From a bacterium (GTDB lineage: Bacteria; Patescibacteriota; Gracilibacteria; UM-FILTER-43-11), in contig JAUHWS010000003.1 of assembly GCA_030427295.1 (NCBI GenBank), positions 1 to 55,047 of the forward strand: 55,047 bases of DNA, in the 5' to 3' direction. Below, in pieces: positions 1 to 9,581 of the stretch. The position numbers and the translations under genes are program-made. The notes under the pieces were generated by a model. That model was given only the letters and a program-made list of their open reading frames with translations, made no database searches and was not told the origin of the DNA. The stretch's first letter is position 1. Each line of letters begins with the position of its first letter.

Positions 1-332
1 ATCAAAAGCAGTCTAAGCACAGGGATTTTATCGAAGGCTGAGGGGGAAGTCAAGAAAAAAGTCTACTTTTTATTCATTTACCGGTTTTCGTTTTAAGATA
101 GCCATGAAAAACAAGGTGATTGATGGTCATCTTGTCTAAGTTTGGATTTATTTTAGACAAATATTTTTTGATTTTTTAAGGATTCATTTTGGCTATTTTC
201 AAGCTCTTAGTAGACGCTTCGCTAAATGATTTATTTTATTAATTTTTTCTTAATTTGTAAATAAGCATTTGACAATTTTAAAATTATTTAATTAATCTGA
301 GGGCCAGTTTAATTTCTAACTCATAATATTTT

Positions 333-593
333 ATGAAAGTTGCTAAAAAAGGACTTAATGGAGTCCGTTTTGCTCTCGCTGCATTATTAGTAGTGCTTAG
401 CTTTGGCTACGGTGAAGCTGAAGTTCTCGCAGGAAATGATGGTTCAGGTGTGAGTTGTGAGTGGTACGATACAGATGCTGATGCCGATGGAAACTACCAA
501 AGCTACTATACCTGTTGTGATGAGGATGGCTGCACGCTGGTGCAATGGTACGAGTGTGACATTTGCGGTTCTTGCAAACCTCAGATGGACTAA
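333..593 (+). CDS. Small secreted Cys/Asp-rich protein
   Basis: Basic N-terminus plus hydrophobic stretch (signal-peptide-like), mature part with 7 Cys; AT-rich upstream with TTGACA near 269; hairpin follows the stop. Confidence 0.65.
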   Translation: MKVAKKGLNGVRFALAALLVVLSFGYGEAEVLAGNDGSGVSCEWYDTDADADGNYQSYYTCCDEDGCTLVQWYECDICGSCKPQMD

Positions 594-606
594 TCCCTAT
601 GGAGCT

Positions 607-634
607 GAGGCGAGCGCATTGGTGCCTCGCCTCC
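607..634 (+). terminator. GC-rich hairpin after the small secreted gene
   Basis: GAGGCGAG...CTCGCCTC inverted repeat just after the stop; no clear T tail. Confidence 0.35.
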
Positions 635-721
635 TTCATCATGCCTCTCAATACTAGTGACTCAAAATGAATTGGATACTCACTCAACCATCGCTATAAT
701 GGAATAAATTAAAAAACAAAA

Positions 722-931
722 ATGAAACACAATCCCTTAAAAGAACTTTTCACGGGGCGTCGCAATATTTTTACCGTGACTTTAACTTTGATTGGCGGTT
801 ATTTTATCGCCTATCCCCTGGTGAACATCGTGCTGAAGGAGGCGGGTTACGGTGGAACTATTTTGATTGGCTTTGCCTTGTTGATTTTGGGGGATTACTT
901 GATGGATGCCTTTCATCAAAAAAGTGAATAA
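722..931 (+). CDS. Small membrane protein, 2 TM helices
   Basis: Two hydrophobic segments; TATAAT and A-rich leader upstream. Confidence 0.65.
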   Translation: MKHNPLKELFTGRRNIFTVTLTLIGGYFIAYPLVNIVLKEAGYGGTILIGFALLILGDYLMDAFHQKSE

Positions 932-939
932 GAGACCTT

Positions 940-980
940 AAAAAAACCAGCCCACTTCTACATGAAGCAAGCTGGCTTTT
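940..980. terminator. Bidirectional intrinsic terminator
   Basis: A-run-CCAGC...GCTGGC-T-run between convergent genes. Confidence 0.6.
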
Positions 981-996
981 AGGTTCGAGATAGTGA

Positions 997-1662
997 TTAC
1001 TTGAATTCGAATGAAGTCATGATAGTTTCAGTGGCCTCCATGGGGGTGGTTACATTGAAGAAAATGACATTGTAGGTTTGATCTTGAGCTTCGTTGTAAT
1101 AGCCGTAAGAGACAAAAGGATCCCCGCAGCCTGGACCATCACAGTAACCCGTTTCGTTAGCACCGGTTACCCAAGGACCTTCTCCATCGATATCGTACTC
1201 ATCGGCTAAAGGGGCAGCATCCAAGAAGCCAACACGATTGCCTTGCATTACGCGCACTTCCATGATGGCTTCATCGAGAGCCGTTTTGAAGGTAACAACA
1301 TCATTGTGATCATCAAAAACTTCTGTAAAGTCTAGCCCGTAAGGGTGACCGATTGAGTATTTGCTGTGTTGATACACTTCGAGAGGTTCTCCCATGGCCA
1401 CGCGTTCTAGCCCTTGTGGAACGCCACCCATGCCGTCTACTTCCTCATTATTTTCAGTCTCATCTGAAGCATTGTCTTCAGGAGTAGATGTGTCAATCTC
1501 GTCACTGACGACCTCTGATTCACCTGCTTCATCAATGAGAGCGGTTTCATTGGTATCTGCAATCGTATCATTTGAAACATCTTCCGTCTCGACATTTTGA
1601 TTGTCGCAACCAGCAACGACTAAGGCGCCGAACAAGGCGATGATTAGAAAGGTTTTTTTCAT
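997..1662 (-). CDS. Lipoprotein with acidic linker
   Basis: Lipobox LVVAG-C, D/E/T-rich linker, globular C-terminal domain. Confidence 0.8.
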   Translation of the reverse strand: MKKTFLIIALFGALVVAGCDNQNVETEDVSNDTIADTNETALIDEAGESEVVSDEIDTSTPEDNASDETENNEEVDGMGGVPQGLERVAMGEPLEVYQHSKYSIGHPYGLDFTEVFDDHNDVVTFKTALDEAIMEVRVMQGNRVGFLDAAPLADEYDIDGEGPWVTGANETGYCDGPGCGDPFVSYGYYNEAQDQTYNVIFFNVTTPMEATETIMTSFEFK

Positions 1663-1729
1663 GATTTTTTAGGTTAATCATTAATTTTTTTTAAAATATC
1701 ATTTTCCCTCTTGCTGAGCAAGTGCCCTT

Positions 1730-1881
1730 TATTTAGCTGGTAGCTTGTAGCTGTTAGCTTATAGACTGATCAGTATTTGAATAACTCAAATGATCTCTTA
1801 ATTTAAGATGAAAAGGGAGTCATACCAACTGAATTTAACTCCCAGCAACCAGCTTCGAGCACCCAGCTCTTTGTGGAGGGT
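1730..1881 (+). repeat. Orphan type-A core of the GTATATAC element
   Basis: Colinear with cores at 32444-32595 and (reverse) 14585-14740: AGCTNNN heptamers, ...AACTGAATTTAACT..., CCCAGCT. Confidence 0.75.
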
Positions 1882-2150
1882 GGGTATATACTTGAGGGCG
1901 AGGTGGGTATATACTTTTTTCTCAATGACCAATTTCCAATGTCGCAATATCCAAATAAAGCTGAATTCCGAATGTCTAATTTTTAAACATTATTTGGAAT
2001 AAAATAGCTTAAATAAAACAAATTCTAACTCATTTGAACATTAGAAATTCAAGTTTAAGATTTATTTGGAAAGTATTGATAAGTATTGGAGTGAATTGAG
2101 GTGAATTAAGACATAGGTATATAGATGGGGAGAAGGTGGGTATATACTTC
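1882..2150 (+). repeat. GTATATAC four-box element, copy 1 (type-B core)
   Basis: Boxes at 1884, 1907, 2117 (GTATATAG) and 2140. Confidence 0.9.
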
Positions 2151-2154
2151 ATTC

Positions 2155-2263
2155 CGGATCGTGGGCCGAGTCGTGAACCGAATAGTTACTTAAACTGAAT
2201 ATCAACCACCATGCGGCCAACAATACGGTCCACCATACGCTCCACGATTCGAAAACCATTCGC
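2155..2263. repeat. Degenerate 11-12 bp tandem repeats in inverted arrangement
   Basis: Units such as CTCCACGATTCG and GTCCACCATACG; same family reversed at 34941-34983. Confidence 0.55.
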
Positions 2264-2290
2264 TTCAGTAGTCCAAACCACTGACAGGAC

Positions 2291-2319
2291 TTGAAAAGAA
2301 GTCTATTTTTTGTTATAAT
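2291..2319 (+). promoter_or_regulatory. Sigma70-type promoter
   Basis: TTGAAA-17 bp-TATAAT with TG extension. Confidence 0.6.
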
Positions 2320-2339
2320 AAACTATTAATAAAACCATC

Positions 2340-3386
2340 ATGATCAATTTTAAAAATACATCCATTGTTGTCGGCGCTCTATTTCTGGGGTTAAGTAGCT
2401 ACTTGGCTTGGGATCAATATTTCCAGGATGCTCAAATTAGCTCAACAGATCCATCAGTGATCGAGGTCGATGAGGATCGTTTGAATCCTTCTGCACCAGT
2501 AGAAGAGGAGTTAGAGATGGCCTTTAGTCGAACAGGCCTGCGAACAAATACAGCCATTTCAAGCATCCCCCTTGCTGAAGTTTTATCGGGTGGACTTCCT
2601 AAAGATGGAATTCCAGCCATTTTAGAGCCCACATTTGTGACGGTTGAAGAGGCGTCGGAATGGCTGGATGATGAAGGGTTGGGCATTATTTACTCGAAAG
2701 GAGACACGACTCGATTTTATCCTTATGCGATTTTGTACTGGCACGAAATCACCAATGACACGGTGGAGGGGCGCAACATTGCGGTGACGTTTTGCCCGCT
2801 TTGTGGTTCGGCCTTGATCTTTGATCGCGGTGAGGATGTGTTTGGTGTGAGTGGAAAACTATGGGAATCGAATTTACTGATGTATGACCATGAAACCGAA
2901 ACCTTGTGGTCTCAGATTTTGGGGGAGGCCATGGTGGGTGATCGCACGGGGGAGACCTTGGAGATCTTGGATGCAAATGTGATTCGCTTTGCAGATTTAA
3001 AATCGACCTACCCGCAAGCTGACGTTCAATCGAAGGATACTGGGTATTCAAGACGTTATGGAGACAGTCCTTATGGGAATTATGAAACGAATAATGAGTT
3101 GTACTTTCCTATTTCCGAGGAGGATGATGCTTTTCAAAAAAAGGAACTCTTTCACATTGTGTATGTGGATGACCTTTCGGTTGGATTTTTACGATCAGAT
3201 CTGGCTGAAGTTGGAGCAGCTGAAGTCGAAGTGAATGGTCGGATGATCCGCGCTGAGATGTCTGAGGAGGGTCAAATCACGGTGACGGACATGGGCTCAG
3301 GCGAGCAACTGCCGGGCTTTGTCACCATGTGGTTCAGCTGGGTGACGCATATTGAGGGAGAACGGCTGGTGTGGGTCAAATCTTAA
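2340..3386 (+). CDS. DUF3179 domain membrane-anchored protein
   Basis: Motifs KDGIPAI, WHEITND, VTFCPLCGS, FGVSGKL..SNLLMYD..TETLWSQ; N-terminal TM. Confidence 0.85.
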   Translation: MINFKNTSIVVGALFLGLSSYLAWDQYFQDAQISSTDPSVIEVDEDRLNPSAPVEEELEMAFSRTGLRTNTAISSIPLAEVLSGGLPKDGIPAILEPTFVTVEEASEWLDDEGLGIIYSKGDTTRFYPYAILYWHEITNDTVEGRNIAVTFCPLCGSALIFDRGEDVFGVSGKLWESNLLMYDHETETLWSQILGEAMVGDRTGETLEILDANVIRFADLKSTYPQADVQSKDTGYSRRYGDSPYGNYETNNELYFPISEEDDAFQKKELFHIVYVDDLSVGFLRSDLAEVGAAEVEVNGRMIRAEMSEEGQITVTDMGSGEQLPGFVTMWFSWVTHIEGERLVWVKS

Positions 3387-3441
3387 AGCTTTTCATAAGT
3401 AGATAAAAATGGTATAATTATTTCTCTAATAATCTCTATTT

Positions 3442-4368
3442 ATGGAAAACCCATCTGATCTACTTCCTATCATTGTAGTGCCCAATGGCGAAGATGGAGA
3501 ACTTATGCATATTACGGAATCTAATGTTTATACGGTTCAGGGCGATGAAATAGTTGAGATGGGATCTGATTTTAGGAAAGCTCTAAAAAAATTGTCTGCT
3601 GCCCATGGGGCAATGGTACTTGATATGGCCTATAAACAGGATTCAGGAGCAAGAAATCGTGAAGCTGTCAAAAAACTCGTTGACCAAGCGACAGCGGAGA
3701 TTTTATTGGGTGGTCGAGTCAGGCTCACCTATTTGCTTAATAGCGATGGTGGCAAATACGTAAACCTGCTTGCGCACAGAAATTTGATGCAATTTATAGG
3801 AAAAAATGGCCAAGCGCAAGCCATTGGAGGTCGTATCATTTCAAGTGCTGCAGCTCAACTCTTTTTATCGGCAGATAGGGACAGACGTTATATTTTAGAT
3901 GAGACAACCATGATGCTTCATTTGGGAGTGTCGAAAAAAGAAGAGGTGCACGCCCCAAAGGATCAAATCGGAAGGGATGTTGTCGAATTGAGCAGGGTTA
4001 TTTCCAAAAGACTCTTTAAAGAAGTATTACTTGTAGGGGATTACGAAAAAAAGAGTGAAGTGGAGGCTTGGATCGATGCCATTCCTGATCAGCCTCCCAA
4101 GCCAGGAGATGCTGTGAAATCCGATCATGCTAGATACTTTTCTGCCCAGGAAATTGTGGCCGCCAAATGGGCCAAACGATTGGAGATAGAAAATGAAGAG
4201 GAATTTTTTATGGAGATTGAGAGGGTGCTCCATTCGCGTCCGATCACTGATATGCCCCAAAGACTCATGGACCAAATTGAATCTCTTGATGAAACTCCGG
4301 GTACTAAAAGTACGAGGAGTAAGTTTGACGAAATGTTCGCTAGGCACAAGCCAAGGAAACAATCTTAG
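3442..4368 (+). CDS. Divergent ClpP/crotonase-fold protease-like protein
   Basis: YLLNSDGG (cf. YINSPGG), IISSAA (nucleophile Ser position), RRYILDETTMMLH (cf. KR..LPNSRIMIH), YFSAQE (cf. FLSAEE). Confidence 0.65.
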   Translation: MENPSDLLPIIVVPNGEDGELMHITESNVYTVQGDEIVEMGSDFRKALKKLSAAHGAMVLDMAYKQDSGARNREAVKKLVDQATAEILLGGRVRLTYLLNSDGGKYVNLLAHRNLMQFIGKNGQAQAIGGRIISSAAAQLFLSADRDRRYILDETTMMLHLGVSKKEEVHAPKDQIGRDVVELSRVISKRLFKEVLLVGDYEKKSEVEAWIDAIPDQPPKPGDAVKSDHARYFSAQEIVAAKWAKRLEIENEEEFFMEIERVLHSRPITDMPQRLMDQIESLDETPGTKSTRSKFDEMFARHKPRKQS

Positions 4369-4396
4369 GGTGTTGTAGGGCTATGGTAGCTTGCCC

Positions 4397-5395
4397 TCAC
4401 TCATCGTCTTCAGGTCGATCCATGATCGTAACAGCATGTTCACTTTTTATGCGACGTGCTGCTTTTATGGCTTTTCGTGGCTTTCGTTCGGGTGGCACAT
4501 AACCTCTCTTTAGTAAAATTCCTGCAACCCACCAGCGTAATCTTTTTCCCAGCCATTTGCCCACCTTACTACCTTTAAGGGCTCCCACTATTCTTCGCCT
4601 CTTAAACTCCTCGTGGCCCATAGCATTTTTAGAATCCCGATATCCAAATGCGACAACTGCCATTTTGACCACCTTGCCGTTGTCATCCCTGATAATATTG
4701 AGAATGTTGAAGGCGCCCTCTTGATTAATTGCGTAAACAACTTCGTCAAATATAGGGTCATCAGTAAAAGTTGTCCTTAAATCATCTAAATTGGTTGCAT
4801 GGATTATATGATCAAATTCTCTCCAATCACTTAAATCGACTCTCACCGGCTGTGCGCTAAAAAGATCTTGGTTGCCAACCTTAAATCGAGCCCTGCCTGC
4901 TTCGTTTTTAAAGCGATTATGATCGCTCAACTGAGCCTTAACACGCTCTTCCCAAAAGTCCCCCAACTTATCGTCTTTAACAGCAGTGCGTAAGCGATAT
5001 GCCCTTTCTTCTAGGAGATAAATATCCTTTAAGGTGCTTTTTATTTCTTCAACACTTTGAGTAACTCGTTCCAAGCCTTCTAGTTCTAGTGATTCTAAAT
5101 TGAAAGATGGGAACTCCTTTATTCTCTTATGAGCTTTGATGGCATCAGATGGTTCATCTTCAGCGATTACGAGAGCATTGCAGACACTGTAAATCACGTC
5201 AATTTGAGTGAGTAACTCAGCAATCCTCTCTCTGTAGCGCTGGGTGATACTCTCTTCATATTGATCCATCCCTCCATATCTGAGCTCTTTTGCCCTTCTT
5301 GATAAAGATTCAAATTGAGTTTTTAAAGCCAGCCTCATTGTTGCAACCTTCACCTCCTCGGATTCTAATAAATCCTCTCTTGACTCAGTAGCCAT
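4397..5395 (-). CDS. Hypothetical protein (helical N-terminal half, basic C-terminus)
   Basis: 332-aa ORF; no motif recognised. Confidence 0.75.
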   Translation of the reverse strand: MATESREDLLESEEVKVATMRLALKTQFESLSRRAKELRYGGMDQYEESITQRYRERIAELLTQIDVIYSVCNALVIAEDEPSDAIKAHKRIKEFPSFNLESLELEGLERVTQSVEEIKSTLKDIYLLEERAYRLRTAVKDDKLGDFWEERVKAQLSDHNRFKNEAGRARFKVGNQDLFSAQPVRVDLSDWREFDHIIHATNLDDLRTTFTDDPIFDEVVYAINQEGAFNILNIIRDDNGKVVKMAVVAFGYRDSKNAMGHEEFKRRRIVGALKGSKVGKWLGKRLRWWVAGILLKRGYVPPERKPRKAIKAARRIKSEHAVTIMDRPEDDE

Positions 5396-5421
5396 GCCGT
5401 TCTACTTAATTTAAATAAACT

Positions 5422-6582
5422 CTATTTTTTGTTTTGATTTTTATCCACCACCTCCTCAAGCCCTTCAAACGGTCGATGAATGAGGGGCTTTGAGCTCCCC
5501 TGAATGAGCATTCGACTTACTTTCAAAGTCGGCTTTTTTTGTCCACTATTGAGGGTCAACTCTCCCAAGTGGAGAGCGATCACTTCATTTTTATAGGCCA
5601 GTTTGAAGAAGATGACTTGATCATAATGAGCGGTTCCAAGTTCAGGATTTGGGAGGTTGTTTGAAAGCCCATATCTGAGGATTCGATCTAGATCATCTTT
5701 AGCTTCTACTTGATTCACAAAACAATTGTTCAATTCTTCTTGAGTGACTGATTTGATTGATCCATCTTCGCTTCGATGAGAAAATTTTGATAGAGGTTCA
5801 GCTCCTTCGTAATCACCTTCAAAATCATCATCTCTGCCTACCAGTGCATCGCTGGTGTCGATGGCATCAGCAATGACTGAGAAAAGCTCGTCTAAATCAA
5901 CGCCATCACCATCGACGTATTTACCCTTGGTTAAAGGTACTTTTGAGCTTTCTAGATTGCTTTTTTGGGGATGCATTTCAGCCAAGACTCGGATTTTTTT
6001 CAAAAACAAACGAGGATAGGGGGTTTGATTTTGAACGTCGTGAGCCTCTCCGATGTGTAGAGCGAGCAGCTCACCAGGTTGCAGAACTCCATGAGCTTTA
6101 TCTCGTAATAAAATTACGTTTTGATAATGGAAATCACCTTCTTCTTTCGCACTCGGAATGACCGCCATTAGACTGGCCAACAATTCTGGGTCAGCAGCGG
6201 TGACGTCAATAGCGTCCAATTCTGAACGTGTGATGGTGTTCAATGTGCCTTGCTGAGTGTGGTTAAAGGCATTTAAATTGTAAGAGGGATGCCCCTCCTC
6301 TAAAAATTCTGAGACGGTCATACAAACTTCTGAGGCTGTTATGGACGCCTCTGAAACTTTAATTTCTGATTTTTCTTGTTCTGCCATGCCGTTTAAACCG
6401 TGGCCAAAAAGTGAAATGACTCTATTTTTTCCAATTGGCTTTGCAGGGTCATGTCGATGCAAACCAAGTGCTTTAACGGCGGCGCGTCTTTGATCAAAAA
6501 GGGCCTGGGCCTCAATAAGGTTGGATTGAGACGTCGCCTCATCGACAGTGGATTCGACTGTTTCATGGTCAGGGACATCCAT
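5422..6582 (-). CDS. Hypothetical protein with an internally duplicated domain
   Basis: HYQNVI...ELLALHIGE repeated as HYDQVI...EVIALHLGE. Confidence 0.75.
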   Translation of the reverse strand: MDVPDHETVESTVDEATSQSNLIEAQALFDQRRAAVKALGLHRHDPAKPIGKNRVISLFGHGLNGMAEQEKSEIKVSEASITASEVCMTVSEFLEEGHPSYNLNAFNHTQQGTLNTITRSELDAIDVTAADPELLASLMAVIPSAKEEGDFHYQNVILLRDKAHGVLQPGELLALHIGEAHDVQNQTPYPRLFLKKIRVLAEMHPQKSNLESSKVPLTKGKYVDGDGVDLDELFSVIADAIDTSDALVGRDDDFEGDYEGAEPLSKFSHRSEDGSIKSVTQEELNNCFVNQVEAKDDLDRILRYGLSNNLPNPELGTAHYDQVIFFKLAYKNEVIALHLGELTLNSGQKKPTLKVSRMLIQGSSKPLIHRPFEGLEEVVDKNQNKK

Positions 6583-6608
6583 AAATATGAACGTTATGTG
6601 ATGATAAA

Positions 6609-6702
6609 ATTATAATAAAAATTTTCAATTTGTCAAATATAGTGTGTTTTTTAGAAAAATTTAATCTAATAAATTTGACAAAAATAAATTAAGTTCTAAA
6701 AT
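6609..6702. promoter_or_regulatory. Divergent pair of sigma70 promoters
   Basis: Minus strand TTGACA(6636-6631)-16-TATAAT(6614-6609); plus strand TTGACA(6675)-16-TAAAAT(6697). Confidence 0.65.
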
Positions 6703-6728
6703 TATTCCTGCACTTAACTTGAATTCAT

Positions 6729-7679
6729 ATGCCTCCACGAAATGCCAAGGAAACTAAAGCCAACCCTCCGCTTACCCCTTTAGTCATCAGCCCAGTAGGG
6801 CGAGGGGAACACTTTGGGGATATCAGGGGTGCTGACACTTATTACAGCAGGAAGGGTGCCATGATACGGGCGTGCAATTCTTCCAGGAAGGCTCTAAGGA
6901 GACGGGTTCGATTTGACTATTTAGCCAATGTGCTTAATGCACCAAGCGCTGTTACTGCTAGCGTAAGAGAAGGTATCGAGGAAGCTCTAGCTGAAGTTGA
7001 TCCTAGTCTTAAAGGTATGCTTGAGGAATTACTATCATCAGGTCGTTTTGATTTAAGCCTCATTTTGAGTTCTGGAAAGTCTTTCGCCACCACAGATACT
7101 GAGGTTGAATATGCAAAGTTAGCTACTTATGTGCAAAGAAATGGTGCCGTACCCCGTGCTATTTTTGGGCAAGAGGTCATAGGTTCAGGGGCAGTGGTGG
7201 GCATGATGATGCCAAGAAGAATTGTTTTACCCGATACCACAATCACTCTAGCCCTTCCCTTTGATATATGTGACCCTGAGGATATGTATAATGATATTCT
7301 TGGTGATGAAAGCCATGAAAGTCTTTCGGAGCTGGCTCAAGAAAGCCGGGATGACCACTTACGTTGGCTTAGGTCTAAACTACTTCCAAACCTACCCAAA
7401 GGGCTTGGTATTCGGGCCAAGGCTGAGGCATGGCTCGAAGGCATACCTGCCGAAATTCCAGCAGATCCCAGCGAAAAAGTAAATCTTCATCCCCACATCA
7501 TCACAGGGCAGGAGTTGGTAAACGCCGGTGCAGCTGAAATGGTTGAAGCGATTGATCGCAGGGCTTTCATGGAACTTTTGGGATTAAAGGGTGATCCTTA
7601 CCGTGTCATTCCAAATCGGCTAGCGAGTCACTTAAGCAATCTCGCTCCTCAAAGAGCTATTTCAGGAGAGTTGTTGTAG
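6729..7679 (+). CDS. ClpP-like paralog of 3442-4368, probably catalytically inactive
   Basis: Colinear with the 3442 protein (N-terminal LxP...RKAL, EAW..xIP, P.RL); Ser/His positions read VIGSG and TITLAL. Confidence 0.55.
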   Translation: MPPRNAKETKANPPLTPLVISPVGRGEHFGDIRGADTYYSRKGAMIRACNSSRKALRRRVRFDYLANVLNAPSAVTASVREGIEEALAEVDPSLKGMLEELLSSGRFDLSLILSSGKSFATTDTEVEYAKLATYVQRNGAVPRAIFGQEVIGSGAVVGMMMPRRIVLPDTTITLALPFDICDPEDMYNDILGDESHESLSELAQESRDDHLRWLRSKLLPNLPKGLGIRAKAEAWLEGIPAEIPADPSEKVNLHPHIITGQELVNAGAAEMVEAIDRRAFMELLGLKGDPYRVIPNRLASHLSNLAPQRAISGELL

Positions 7680-7768
7680 AAAAGTTTTAAGAACACAAAT
7701 AATCATATTATAGTTGAAGTTAACGTTAATTAATTAATTTTTTGTTAGCATTTAATCCTTGAATTAAG

Positions 7769-8014
7769 TTGAGTGAATTAATAGACACTGGAGGGGATCG
7801 TGAATTTTCTCTTGAGAACCCGGATATCATCCTTGTTTCAGATTATGACATACGTCAGCTGTTTGAGAATAACCCCCATGTGCGTCAGGCAGATATTCTT
7901 ACTGTTGTCATGCGGATGGCAACTGAACAAGTGGGGAGAGCGACTGAAATTACACTTAAAGATCTACAAGCTGGCTTAGATCAGGCTATTCAAGACGGTT
8001 CTATCCAAACATAA
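7769..8014 (+). CDS. Small hypothetical protein
   Basis: 81-aa ORF with TTG start after an AT-rich leader. Confidence 0.5.
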   Translation: MSELIDTGGDREFSLENPDIILVSDYDIRQLFENNPHVRQADILTVVMRMATEQVGRATEITLKDLQAGLDQAIQDGSIQT

Positions 8015-8103
8015 AAACACCTGTCGCCAAAACCACAAGTCTTTTGAGATTTTTTTTGCTATCCTTTAAAATGAAAATAGTTATCAAGCATAATCCTTAA
8101 ATC

Positions 8104-9024
8104 ATGTCTAAAATTTACGACGTCATTGTCATTGGAGCGGGCCCGGCTGGATACACCGCCTGTTTGTACGCCAGTCGGGCGAATTTATCCGTCCTGTGTT
8201 TTGAAGGATGGCAACCTGGCGGTCAACTGACCACCACGACCGTGATTGAGAATTATCCAGGCTTTGAAAATGGCATCGATGGCAAGGAGCTCATGCAAGA
8301 AATGCGCAAACAAGCCGCTGTTTTTGGAACGGAGTACATCACCAAAGATGTGACTGCTATCGACTTTGCCGCCCCAACCAAAAAAGTACAGGCGGGTGAA
8401 GAATCATATGAAGCGCGGGTCATCATCATTGCCACCGGAGCCAAGCCACGGAAATTGGGAATAGAATCTGAAGAAAAATTGTGGGCCAAGGGGGTGTCAA
8501 GCTGCGCGACCTGTGATGGCTTTTTCTTTCGAGAAAAAAAAGTCGCCGTGATTGGTGGAGGGGATAGTGCCATGGAAGAAGCCAACTTTTTGACCAAGTT
8601 TGCTGACAAAGTCTATTTGATTCACCGTCGGGAGGAATTCCGCGCCTCAAAGATCATGCTCGACCGAGTCAAAGCCAATGAGAAAATTGAAATCCTCACC
8701 AACAAAACTGTGGAAGAAGTGTTGGGAGAACAAAAGGTGACGGGATTAAGATTGAAAGACACCCAATCCAATGAAACGTCTGAACTGGAATTGGATGGGA
8801 TGTTCCTAGCCATTGGTCACATTCCCGTGACTCAATTGTTTGAGGGGCTTGAAAAAGATGATCAGGGTTATCTGTTGCATAAAGAAAACACCATGACCAA
8901 TATGAGTGGTGTGTTTGCGGCCGGAGACTGTGTGGACCATCGTTATCGTCAAGCCGTCACCGCCGCCGCCATGGGCTGCCAAGCCGCCATTGATGCCGAG
9001 CGATGGCTGGAAGGACAAGAGTAG
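8104..9024 (+). CDS. trxB: Thioredoxin reductase
   Basis: GAGPAG, GGQLTTT, CATCDG, GGGDSAMEEA, FAAGD motifs. Confidence 0.97.
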   Translation: MSKIYDVIVIGAGPAGYTACLYASRANLSVLCFEGWQPGGQLTTTTVIENYPGFENGIDGKELMQEMRKQAAVFGTEYITKDVTAIDFAAPTKKVQAGEESYEARVIIIATGAKPRKLGIESEEKLWAKGVSSCATCDGFFFREKKVAVIGGGDSAMEEANFLTKFADKVYLIHRREEFRASKIMLDRVKANEKIEILTNKTVEEVLGEQKVTGLRLKDTQSNETSELELDGMFLAIGHIPVTQLFEGLEKDDQGYLLHKENTMTNMSGVFAAGDCVDHRYRQAVTAAAMGCQAAIDAERWLEGQE

Positions 9025-9068
9025 TGGCGCAATATCTTGCGCCGATGCTATTGGAATTCTGAATTTTG

Positions 9069-9336
9069 GAAGTATATACTTACCTTCTGCCCAACTATAT
9101 ACCTAAGTCTTAAATTTCCAATTCACCCCAATACTCACCAATTCATTCCAAACAAATCCTAAACTTGAATTTCTAATGTCTAAATGATTTAGAATTTAAT
9201 TTATTTAAGCTGTTTATAATCAGAATAAGGTTTAAAAATAGAAGTCTTAGGCCTTGCGATTTAATTCGTAATTCGTAACTTGTAATTCGTAATTGAGACG
9301 AAAGTATATACCCACCTTCACTCGAAGTATATACCT
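9069..9336 (-). repeat. GTATATAC four-box element, copy 2 (type-B core)
   Basis: Boxes at 9072, 9095 (CTATATAC), 9304 and 9327. Confidence 0.9.
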
Positions 9337-9507
9337 AAGTCACCTATCATGAACACCCCTGCCCCCCTGCCTACCGGCCACAAAGTGGGGCCCTTGGTCC
9401 AGGCAGGACTCTTAGAGAGAGGGAATTGATTGTGAGACTAACTTACAATCAATTCTCCTTCTTCGAAGGGGTGCCCGGAGGGCGGGATAGTTTTTCCCAC
9501 CCCTCAA

Positions 9508-9537
9508 TGAAGGTGACATTAGCCAATGTCGCCTTCA
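9508..9537. repeat. 30-bp TGAAGG-type palindrome
   Basis: TGAAGGTGACATTAGCCAATGTCGCCTTCA. Confidence 0.8.
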
Positions 9538-9581
9538 GGTTAACTAGCGGTTTGGGACCAGTATATACCTAAGTGTACCAT

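Noticed and set aside
1808-2002. Short ORFs in repeat regions (also 14879-15088 and 47384-47626)
   Set aside because: They are translations of repeat modules, and the frames are not conserved between copies
1882-2150. ~36-bp direct repeats as a CRISPR array
   Set aside because: Only two repeats per locus, separated by 150-200 bp; the cores recur between loci; left and right repeats differ systematically; no cas genes
2340-3386. Selenoprotein form of DUF3179
   Set aside because: The motif is CPLC with ordinary Cys codons and there is no in-frame TGA
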